Source: Octopus sinensis (Eukaryota). From it: DNA of 64,000 nucleotides. The first letter of the stretch is position 1, and every line of letters begins with the position of its first letter. The translations under genes and the position numbers were made by a program. This document shows positions 48,690-59,496 of this stretch, in pieces. The stretch spans positions 128,154,001 to 128,218,000 of the forward strand of contig NC_043001.1 of the NCBI RefSeq assembly GCF_006345805.1, read 5' to 3'. A model generated the notes under the pieces. It made no database searches and had not been told where the DNA came from. It saw only the letters and a program-made list of their open reading frames with translations.

Positions 48690-49065
48690 GCAGATGCCGT
48701 AAAAAGCACTATCCGAGTTGTGGTCGATGCCAGCGCCGCCTCGACTGGCTTCCATGTCGGTGGCACGTAAAAAGCACCATCCGAATCGTAGCCGAAGCCA
48801 GTGCTGCCTCAACTGGCTTCCATAAAATGCACCAATCCGACCGTGGCCGATGCCAGCCTCGCCTGGCACCAGTGCAGGTGGCACGTAAAAAGCACCCACT
48901 ACACTCACGGAGTGGTTGGCGTTAGGAAGGGCATCCAGCTGTAGAAACTTTGCCAGATAAGACCTGAGCCAGGTGCAGCCTTCTGGCTTCCCAGATCCCC
49001 GGTTGAACCATCCAACCCATGCTAGCATGGAGAACGGACGTTAAACGACGATGATGATGATGATG
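48690..49065 (+). mobile_element. Non-autonomous RTE-3'-derived element
   Basis: Modules plus GTTGGCGTTAGGAAGGGCATCC plus (GAT)n tail. Confidence 0.82.
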
Positions 49066-49700
49066 AAGAGTGGTGACGAGTTTATTCAAAACTTACATCA
49101 GACGTTGACAGTTTCTTGTGATACAAAATCAAAGAAAAATTAGCTAACATAGAAGACTTATTAGCCTCTGTGGTGGAGTTGCAGCAGCAACAGCAGTTAC
49201 AGCAGCAATTACAACAACCACAACACTTTTGGAGAAAGATAAAATGCTGAGAGCAGTGAAAAAAGAAAGAACGATAAATACTAAAAAAAGAGAAGGAAGA
49301 TAACTTAAAAAGCAGTAAATTGGAAATGGAACGGAAAAAATATGTGGAATTTTCTTAAAAGACATCATATTTAGAAACAGTCAGACTTGGGATAGGTTAA
49401 GGAAAATGGATCTGTCAAAGACTACAGACAGTATTGTTATGATGACTTAAGAATAGGTCATAAAGGTACATTCAATCAGAAGACTTATAAATAAGGAGGA
49501 GATACTATCACTATGTCAATCATATGGTGAAATAGAAGATAGTAGACCATTTAAAATCAGAATGTTAGAAAATGGCATAGAAACAGAACAAAGGCTAAAG
49601 ATATGACAAAACTGGCACAAAAAATGGTAACATAACTGAGTAAAATACATAACATTGTGTAACAAAAATTTAATTTTGTCTTCGGTTACTAAGAATCATT

Positions 49701-50117
49701 GGATCTTTTCAGTTTGAACGGCAGTTTTTTCTAGCGGTGTCATATGAAATTGTCACCCATAATTATGACCCTAGTATTGATCTATTGCATTTCAATTTAT
49801 TTTAGGGTTAGGGTTAGGGGTGGGGAGAAGGGTATCTTTTTTTCTAAACACAAATATAAATAAACCCAATCTGTTTCTTAAACGAGGGACATATTCATAC
49901 GGCACAGAATGTTGTTTACCTCAATGAACGGTAGTGATTAGTTGAAATTGCAGAAATTGAAGAAAAAACAACAAATATCTTACAAACTATAGAATTTTAT
50001 CAATAAAGCCAAGAGAAAAAGATGTTTTATAAACACATTCTACCAGTATTCGAAGTTTAAAATTTTTTAGTTACCTAGAAATTATGTTAAAAACTGCCAT
50101 TCAAACCGAAAAGATCC
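49701..50117. mobile_element. MITE with ~28-bp TIRs and internal (TTAGGG)3
   Basis: GGATCTTTTCAGTTTGAACGGCAGTTTT ... AAAACTGCCATTCAAACCGAAAAGATCC; TTAGGG x3 at 49802-49819; no clear TSD. Confidence 0.7.
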
Positions 50118-50797
50118 GAATTATTTCCTATTTGCTTCTACCTAGAAATCACTCTCTAGGGAAATTACTACTATTCCCTTCAAACTTTGCTTTTATGATC
50201 TGGACATCAATGTTTTGAAACTTACCTATTTTCCAGTCCATTTCAGACTGATTAAGTGCTGAGTCGTTGAAGTATAAATATCGTTATAGCAATTATTCTG
50301 CTCAATACCACAAATTTGCTTGTCAGTTACTTGATCTTAACCACTTGAGCATGTCCCTTAGTGGCTAACAATATGTGCATCTCTGATCATGAGGAGTAGT
50401 TGGGGAGCATCATAGCCATGTGCTGAGAGGGATTCTTTCAGATTTGAATAAATGTAACAAAAGCAAAGTTTGAAGGAAATATTATTTGAAGGAATAATAA
50501 ATATTAGAAGGAAATAATAATATTAATTATTTGAAGGAAATAATGAAATTAATTATTTGAAGGAAATAATAATTATCATTTCTGATTTAGGCACAAGGCC
50601 AGTGATTTTGAGTGAATAAAAGTTAGTTGATACCATTAACTCAAGTACTTGAATGATATTTATTGATTCTGAAGGGATGAAAGGTAAAGTTGGTCTTGGT
50701 ACACTTTCAGCTCAGGGTTAGACAAAATACTGCAAAACAGTATGATTCTACAAATCCACCATCCTTGGCCAAATATTTTTTAAAGTTGATGATGATG

Positions 50798-50829
<32 letters not shown>

Positions 50830-51189
50830 TTGAATATAATAATAATAATAATAATCCTTCTACTACAGGCACAAGGCCTGAAATTTTGGGGTGGGAACTA
50901 GTCGATTACATTGACCCCAGCACATTGTGCCCAGAGTGGGAATTTATCATTTTTGGAAGTTTCCCCCCAAATGTTTAAAATGTGTATTTTCTGGTTCTCT
51001 AACCTCAAGAGATTACAAAGCAAGAAACCCAAGTAGGACCTTTGTAACCGAGAAAGACTTGAAGATACATCAGGGAAAGGCTTGTAAAAAGAGGACAGAG
51101 TAGTGTGGATTATTTGATCATAAAACACGTGGAAAATCATCCCCAGACTCAAACCACAGTGGATCAATAAATGCTACAGCAAAGGCCCC

Positions 51190-53520
51190 TTCCTGACAGG
51201 AAACTGTAGGTTATGAAACTATTGCATCAGATAGTACTCAAAGGAAACTGAGGGCTCTGTGACCTGCTGCTAATGAGGAAGGAAAATATAAAGAGTTTGA
51301 AAACAAGGTATTTCGAGCTCTTTATAAAATGACAAGATCTAGAGTGGAGAAATTGAGAGAGTTAATAAGCTCAATATACGATACAAGGAAAGAATTATTT
51401 GGAGTGAAAGATAGTATCAGATTAGCGAAAGGAAAGTGTGGACCAAGCAGGAGGATCAGGAAAATGAAACAGTTGAGGAAGAAAAAGACTAGCCTAAGAA
51501 ACGATGGAAATATGCTGTGGAAGACGAAAAACCTGGCCTCTTGCTGCTGTACGACGATTTAAAAAGGAAATGCTGTTATGTACAATGACATATCTACTGA
51601 TGTGAAAGACATAAGGAAAGTAAAAGGACTCGGGGACAGTTTCTGAAGGACCTGTATGGAGTTACTAAGATGTTCACTGAACTGAAGAGTGGCACGTTAT
51701 CATGCACAAAAGAAGAATGGGATGCTCATATCAAAGAAACCTACAGTGATCCTCACCGTAACCAGCCACTGCCACCTCTAAGGGTTAAAGAATCTTTTAG
51801 AACCTAATATCAAATTTCAAATTGGAGACAATAGGGGAAAGAGGAGAATGATTTCATGAGAAAAGCTAGAGCAAAGAGTGCCCCAGGACATGATGGCATC
51901 TCATATAAAGTATACAATTATTGCAATCATCTGCAAAAGAAGCTCTTTGTCATACTCCGACAGCTGTGGCATGAAGAGACTCTAGTAGAAGATTGGTGCA
52001 AGGCAGAAAGCATATACCTGCCGAAGGAGGCCAATGCAGAGACTATAAAACAGTTTAGGTGATATCCTTATTGAATGTGGAAAGCACGATCTTTATGGGA
52101 ATTCTTTCAAGGAGAACAGTGACATATTAATAGAATAATGGATATTTTGATGAATCTGTTCAAAAGGCCAGAATCCCTGGGATCCTTGGATGTATTGAAT
52201 ACTGTTTTTTGATTTGGAAAGCATTCCAGGATGGCAAGTAGAACAAGACAAGTCTGAATGTGGTATGGCTTGACCTAGCTAATGCAGAAGGCTCAGTGCC
52301 ACACGAATTACAGATGAGAGCCATGGACCACTTCCACATTCCAGACAAAGTAACCAAATTAAGGAGGATATATTATGACAGTTTTGAGATGAGGTTTACA
52401 GCTGGAGATTTTACAACAGATTGGCACCAATTGGAGATTGGCATTGCTGCTGGCTGCACAATATCTGTCATGTGGTTTATCTTAGTCATGGAGATGATTT
52501 TAAAAGCCGTGGATTTTTTGGAACAAATCGCCCGTGTACAATCGCCTAAGAAGGCTTTCGTGGATGATGTGACACTTCTATTAACAGACAAGCAAATCAT
52601 GCAGAGTGCCCACTTGAGTGTAGTCGAGCTTGTGAAGTGGTCAAGGATGCGATTTAGAGCAAAAAAGTCGTGTAGTCTGACATTTATTAAGGGGGTGCAA
52701 AAAGAAGTTAAGTTTCAAATAGCTGAAGAAAGCATTCCAACAGTCAAGGAAGAACCTGTCAAGAGCTTGGGGTGAGTATACATTGGAACATTGTCAGATA
52801 GGAGTCACAGGATGGAAATTATGAAGCAAATCAAGGTTGGATTATCAATGATTGATAACTCAAAGGTATTAGGTAAAAGGCGGCGAGCTGGCAGAAACGT
52901 TAGCGTGCCAGGCGAAATGCGTAGCCGTATTTCGTTTGCCGCTACGTTCTGAGTTCAAATTCCGCCGAGGTTGACTTTGCCTTTCATCCTTTCGGGGTCG
53001 ATAAATTAAGTACCAGTTACGCACTGGAGTCGACGTAATCGACTTAATCCGTTTGTCTCTCCTTGTTTGTCCTCTCTGTATTTAGCCCCTTGTGGGCAGT
53101 AAAGAAATAGGTATTAGGTAAATATAAAACTTGGTGCTTACAGTTTAGCTCGTATCTGTGACTTTTGTGGCCACTTTTAATATACAAGATAGCATTGTCA
53201 CAAGTTCAAATTATTGAACAAAAATGTAATGTGTTTCTTAGAAAGTGACTAGGGCTACCTCAGATATTGATGGTTCAAACAGTGATGATGCTGAGAGAGT
53301 CGAAGGATGTAGAAATCAGGCATAATCCACCAGATGTGAAAACAGCCAGGAAATGGAAAACAGAAGCAGAGACTGATGACATTCTGTCTTCTCTTACACA
53401 ACAAATGTTTTGGAGCAATTGCTGGAAATGACATAATGGACATTTTTGTTATCCTTGATTGAAAGGTGGCAAGATCTTGCAGATATTCATTTTTAACCAC
53501 AATACACCAAAAAGGCAATT
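51190..53520 (+). mobile_element. Degenerate RLE-type non-LTR retrotransposon RT, HERO-like
   Basis: KARAKSAPGHDGISYKVY..C (51856), VWLDLANA.GSVPH, W..LEIGIAAGCTISV, AFVDDVTLL (52260-52775), KYKTWCLQF...LWPLLIY after the SINE insertion. Clade call is from motif recognition. Confidence 0.72.
52878..53108 (+). mobile_element. SINE family B inserted into the HERO-like element, 14-bp TSD AGGTATTAGGTAAA
   Basis: Identical TSD at 52864-52877 and 53109-53122. Confidence 0.92.
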
Positions 53521-53858
53521 TTGGTCGATAAGCCTTATTTTGATTATTTGAACCCAGACTGCCATAAATAAAGGAAAACCAAATTATTTTGGTTCTAGTT
53601 GATAACCCTTAAAATTGTGGTTCAAACGAGCCCTCAACCCCTATCAGGTGATTATTTTAACTTGAGATATGATTTTTCTCTTGAATTAGCCAATCTGGGC
53701 ACAATGTGCCCTATACTCAACTGGTACTTAATTTATTGACCCCAAAAGGATGAAAAGCAAAGTTGACTTCAGTGGAATTTGAACTCAGATCGTAAAAGCG
53801 GATGCAATGCTACAAAGCATTTTGCCCGGCATGATAACGGTTCTGCCAGCTCACTGCT

Positions 53859-53922
<64 letters not shown>

Positions 53923-54179
53923 TAATAATAATAATAACAACAATAATAATTGCAAATTTTTGCCACAAGGGCCGCTTGGGGGAGGTGGGGGAATGAGTTA
54001 ATTACATCGACTCCAGTGTTCAACTGGTACTTATTTTATCGACCCCGAAAGGATGAAAGGCAAAGTTGACCTTAGCAAAATTTGAACTCAGAATGTGTCG
54101 ACAGGCGATATACCGCTAAGCAATTTGTCCAACATGCTGTCAGCTCACCACCTTCATAACAACAACAACAACATCAACA

Positions 54180-54556
54180 ACACGAGCAATCAGAGAGCGC
54201 AAACCTCTGCCAAGGTAACACCAACGTACTCTCAATGATTAGCCAGAGATGATTTTTAAAATGAGAATATGTGAAATACACTTGACTGCTCTCACAAATG
54301 AGAATACTAAAAATGAACCTGACCGCTCTCAAAAATTAAGTAAAAAAGACAGGAAAAAAAAATCTAGAATCCTTGTCTAATACTGGATTGATCCCAAAAT
54401 CTAATCTGTTCGTGTAGTCACAGGGTCAAACATCCCTGGAAGTTTCATCCAAATCCATCCAGTAGTTCTTGGGATATCTTGTCCACAGACAGACAGACAA
54501 ACAAACAAATACAACTGAAAACAATACCTCCACCGTTGCTAAGGCAGAGGTAATAA
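54180..54556 (+). mobile_element. Helentron-associated (HINE/DINE-1-like) non-autonomous element
   Basis: Subterminal inverted repeat ACCTCTGCC(54203) / GGCAGAGGT(54543), internal (ACAG)n/(CAAA)n microsatellite, 3' end in a TAATAA context. Confidence 0.55.
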
Positions 54557-55103
54557 CCTTATAAATAATAATTCTTTCTACTATAGGCACAAGGCTTGAA
54601 ATTTTTGGCTAGTTGCGGGTTAGTTGATTACATTGACCTCAGTGTTTGACTGGTACTTATTTTATTGACCCTGAAAGGATGAAAGGCAAAGTAGACCTTG
54701 GTGGAATTCGAACTCAGAACATAAAGCCAAAAGAAATGCTGCTAAGCATTCTGTCCAGTATGTTAACGATTTTGTCAGCTCAATAATAATAATCTTTTCT
54801 ACTATAAGGCACAAGGACTGGAATTTTTGGGGAAGGGACTAGTCAATTGCATCAACCCCAGTGTTTCACTGGTACTTAATTATCAAACCTGAAAGGATGA
54901 AAGGCAAAGTTGACCTCAGTAGAATTTGGATGCAGAACATGAAGACAAAAGAAATGCTTCTAAGCATTTCGCCCAGCATGCTAACGATTTTGCCAGCTCA
55001 CTGCCTTAATAATAATAATACTAATAATAATGATGATTTCATATTTTGGCATGAGGTCAGTGATTTGAGAGAGGGAGTAAATTGACTGCAGTGACTCCAG
55101 AAC

Positions 55104-55445
55104 TCATCATCATCATCATCATCATCATCATCGTTTAGCGTCCGCTTTCCATGCTGGCATGGGTTGGACGGTGCAACTGGGGTCTGGGAAGCCAGAAGGC
55201 TGCACCAGGCCCAGTCTGATCTGACAATGTTTCTACGGCTGGATGCCCTTTCTAATGTGAACCACTCTATGAGTGTAGTGGGTGCTTTTTACGTGCCACC
55301 GGCACAGGTGCTAGGCGAGGCTGGCAAACAGTCACAATTGGATGGTGCTTTTTACGTGCCACCGGCATGGAAGCCAGTCGGGGCGGCGCTGGCAATGGCC
55401 ACGTTCGGATGAGGTTGGGGCAGCGCTGGCAACGGCCACGTTCGG
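55104..55445 (-). mobile_element. Non-autonomous RTE-3'-derived element
   Basis: (CAT)n tail plus shared modules. Confidence 0.8.
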
Positions 55446-55595
55446 ATCTGGTACTTATTTTATCCATCCCAAAAGCACGAAAAGCAAAGTTGACCACAGA
55501 GGAATTTGAACTCAGAACATAAAGACAGACGAAATGCTACTAAGCATTTGGCATGACATGCTAACAATTCTGTCTGTTCCCTGCCTTAATATTAA

Positions 55596-55816
55596 CCCTT
55601 TCGTTACTGTATTTATTTTCAGATGCTCTGTGTTTCTTCCAAATATTTTAAATATAACAAAGAATTTAGTAAAATAACATCGTTATAATTAAGCTAGTTT
55701 TAGGAACATAAATTGTGACTAAGGTTTGGAGGAAGATTTTAATTCAGAACTTTTGAAAACCAGACATTTGTACTAAAGAGACAGTGTTGGTTTCAGCCAG
55801 GTTGGTGATGAAAGAG
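55596..55816. mobile_element. piggyBac-like MITE, family P2
   Basis: TTAA|CCCTTTCG...GAAAGAG|TTAA (one TIR mismatch). Confidence 0.75.
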
Positions 55817-56324
55817 TTAATGATAATAATTATAATATTAATGAAAATAATAGTAGCAAGCAGATTTAAATTAAAAGTTAACTCACCAGGATGTATCTTA
55901 GTGATGGGGAAATTCAAAGAATTCATTCCGTTATATTTGTTCAGTATATTTATGAAAACTGCCTGTTGATCAGCAAATAAATGTATATATAAAATATATG
56001 TAAGTATCTCTCTCTAAAATAATAGTTATCTATTTATGTGCATGTATATATGTATCTGTGCTTGTGTCTGGACATTTGGAAAATATTTCCTTTACTGTTT
56101 TTGTTGTTCTTTAAATAAATGAACACAAATGAAATAGTATTGAATGAGGATTATCAGTCAGAGCTCAGAATATAAGGTGGGGCAAGGAAGTTCCGTAAGT
56201 ATGAATGAGATGACAAGAGGGGAGGTGTGAGGTTAGACTAAGAGACAATAAATATGAATTAGTGTATAATGAGTTTACAGCTTATTGTTATTATTATTAT
56301 TTGCCCTTCTGGCAAATAAATTAA

Positions 56325-56965
56325 ATCATCATCATCATCATCATCAGTATCAGCAGCAGCGGTAGTAGCAGTTGTAGTGGTTATTGTTGTTATGGTGGTG
56401 GTGGTGGTAATAATTGTATTGGCAGTGGTGGTGGAGATGATGGTAGTGGTGGTGGTGGTGGGGATAGGTGGTGGTGGTGGAGGAGGAAGAGTTAATACTA
56501 GTGGTAGTGACAGTGGTGATAGTGGTGATAGTGTAAATAATAAGTTTCTAGGATGTTAGAATTCGGCCTTTATTCTATGCTTTCTGGTTCATGGTTTTTC
56601 ATACAACTATAAAGACTAATGGGAAATGCATGCTACAACACAACCGGCCATGCCACAAGCCACTGTTACTGTGGTCACTAGCTACACTGACCCCTCATCT
56701 GTTCACAAGAAAGTAACATCTACCACTACCACTGCCGCTGCCACCACCACCACCACCACCACCACCACCACCACCCTCACCAATACCACCATCACTACCA
56801 CTTTCACCACCATCTTCGTAATGATGATGACAGCAACAACAGCTGCCTGATAGTCATCATCATCATCAGCAGCAGCAGCACCACCACCACCACCGCCACC
56901 ACCATCATCATCATCATCAATAACAGCAGCAGCAGCACCACCACCACTACCATCACCGATGGTCA
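56325..56965. repeat. Compound trinucleotide low-complexity region ((CAT)n, (GGT)n, (ACC)n, (CAG)n)
   Basis: Directly visible; ORFs here are homopolymeric artefacts. Confidence 0.85.
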
Positions 56966-56999
56966 TGCAGTCATGACAATGAATAATTGAAAGCAATTG

Positions 57000-57860
57000 T
57001 CGAATGAAACCCATGTCAAAGTGTCAGAGAAATATATCAGGTACTTGATGTCGGTATTGCGATGGTCTCATGCAATCTGCAGAAGATTGGTAAGACAGAA
57101 AAGCTCGATAAATAGGTACCGCATGAGCTCAATGAAAATCAAGAAGTTCAGCATTTTGATTGATGCTCTTTCTGAGAAACACCAATGATCCTTTTCTTGA
57201 CTGAATAGTCACTTGTGACAAAAAGTGGATCCTTTATGATAACCATAAACAATCAGGTAAATGGCTTGATAGTGATGAGTCCCCCAAACATTTCCCAAAG
57301 CCAAAGTTGCATCAGCAAAAGATTATGGTGACTGTCTGGTGGTCTGCAATTGGTGTTGCCCATTACAGCTTTCTGGAAGCCAATCAGAGCATTACAGCAG
57401 AGGTTTACTGCAATCGACTCGTTGAAATGCATGCTCACTTGCAGAAAATGAGACCTGTATTGGAGAATCGGCATGGCCCAATTCTGCTACGCTATAATGC
57501 AAAGCCACATGTTGCAAGAATGACGCTGCAGAAACTCACAGACTTGGGATACAAGACTTTACCACATCTTCCATATTCTCCTGATCTTTCATCTACTGAC
57601 TACCATTTTTTAAAAGCATTTAAACATGTTTTTAAGTGATAAAACTTCCAGGTCCAAACCAGAGGCGGAATCAGCTTTCAAAGATTTCTTAGCATCAAAG
57701 CCAATAAGTTTTTATCAAAGAGGTATAAATATTCTTGTTGATCGGTGGCAGAGATGCATAGATGCATACTTTGACTAATCAAAACATTTCTATTGTTAAT
57801 TTTTCCAGAATAAAATTATGTTTCTGAAATCAGCCATTATTTTTGGAACAAGCTAATGAT
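57000..57860 (+). mobile_element. Decayed mariner (DD34D, Mos1/Hsmar-like) transposase with 3' end
   Basis: IVTCDKKWILYDN, KIMVTVWW, ITAEVYC..L, NAKPH, LPHLPYSPDLSSTDYHFL; mariner-like terminal sequence near 57830-57858. Confidence 0.88.
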
Positions 57861-57958
57861 ACGAAACAGAATAGAAAACATTTATGACTTAGGTCATTTG
57901 CATAATTTAAAGAAAAATTAACTAAGAGAAATAACTCAAAGTGGTTAGTAGAATGAAT

Positions 57959-58192
57959 AAAGGCGGTGAGCTGGCACAAACGTTAGCGCGCCGGACGAAA
58001 TGCTGAGCGGTATTTCGTCTGCCGCTACGTTCTGAGTTCAAATTCCGCCGAGGTCGACTTTGCCTTTCATCCTTTCGGGGTCGATAAATTAAGTACCAGT
58101 TACGCACTGGGGTCGATGTAATCGACTTAATGCCTATGTCTGTCCTTGTTTGTCCCCTCTATGTTTAGCCCCTTGTGGGTAATAAAGAAATA
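57959..58192 (+). mobile_element. SINE family B with 16-bp TSD (one mismatch)
   Basis: GGTTAGTAGAATGAAT (57943-57958) and GGTTAGTAGCATGAAT (58193-58208). Confidence 0.9.
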
Positions 58193-58894
58193 GGTTAGTA
58201 GCATGAATGGGTTTGTGAAATACCATGTAAAATAAATTCTTGAATTATTAAAATTAGAGTCATCAAGAGATCAGACTAGAAACATAGCTGCTTGGCCACA
58301 TTTTTTTTTTCTGTGGGGAGTAATGTAGTTGATTTAATCGAATACAAGGCTTTACTTGACTGGCACTTATTTCATTCTTTCTTCTCTGGAAGAGCAAAAG
58401 GACAAAATCAGCCTTAGTGAGATCTTAAGTCAGAACATAAAGCAAAATAAAGTATTACTTAAGTACATAGTTTAATGTAATACTTATATAAAAAACTAAA
58501 ACAAAAAATTCTTAGATGTGGATAGAGTAATAATAATAAGAAAATAGACGGGAAGAGGGGGAGGGGAAATGAGAGGTATGGAGGAGGCAGGCAGAGGAAG
58601 AGGGAGGCAGAAGAAGAGAATCTCACAGAATCTCTGAAAGAGGCTATGGACACTGCTCTTCTTCCTGACTAGACAGTAAGTAAAAATAAAAAAGACAGAA
58701 TAAAATAAAAGCCCTAAGAAATCATTACTATCGTTCCAAGCATGATGGAATGGTAAAAAGCTTAGAACATTGGGTCAGAATGTCGTGTGGAATTTTGTTA
58801 TGTGTTTTTATATTCTGAGTTCAAATTCAGCCATTGATGAATTTGCTTTCCACCCTTCAAGAGATTAATAGAATAAGTAGTTAATTAAACACCA

Positions 58895-59195
58895 GGTGTT
58901 GTTACATGCCACCGCACGGGTGCCATTTGTGCGATACCATGACTGAAATTTTGCTTGGCTCGATGGGTCTTCTTCTCAAGTATGACATAATGTCAAAGGT
59001 CTTGGTCATTGCCTCTGTGAGGCCCAACACTCGAAAGGAGCTCGGCCACTTTGCCTCCATGAGACCCAACTCTCAGAAGGAACTCAGCCACTTGCCTCCA
59101 CATGGCCCAATGCTCGAAAGGAATTCAGCCACCTCGCTTCCATGAAGCCTGCTCAAAAGGAACTCAGCCACCTTGCCTCCGTGAGGTCCAACATA
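58895..59195 (-). repeat. RTE 3'-end fragment with ~41-bp tandem amplification (about 5 units)
   Basis: Similar to 19985-20050; unit about CCTCCGTGAGGCCCAACACTCGAAAGGAACTCAGCCACTTG. Confidence 0.6.
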
Positions 59196-59496
59196 TAGTA
59201 ATAACAATAATAATAATCCTTGCATAGAATTTATAAATCTTTTAATGCATCGCTACATGTTTCCACATGTTTCTTAAGATCGTAGTCTGCATTCCTCGGA
59301 TGATTACACTACAGTCCGTAGTATCCATGGACATTGGATAGATCATGTAAAGTTGATATTAGCGTGTGTGTGTAGACCCTGTTTTACAATTTCATCTATG
59401 TAAAACCCTTTCATTATACAACAGTATGTGGCAATTTGTACATTTGAACCACACTTATATTTGTCTCGTGATCAGCACAGTCCTGTAAGATAAGTA

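Larger units (their letters stand above)
53690..55590 (-). mobile_element. Cluster of about 5 family-B-related SINE copies with (AAT)n tails, with nested insertions
   Basis: Repeated GGATGAAAGGCAAAG(T/A)TGAC...GAATTTGAACTCAGAA blocks at about 53745, 54050, 54680, 54895 and 55480. Confidence 0.75.

Noticed and set aside
49120-49340. Gln-rich stretch as a host exon or gag remnant
   Set aside because: Short, interrupted and without diagnostic motifs.
56325-57014. Poly-T/V/G/D ORFs resembling mucin or low-complexity proteins
   Set aside because: Trinucleotide microsatellites with no splice or codon evidence.
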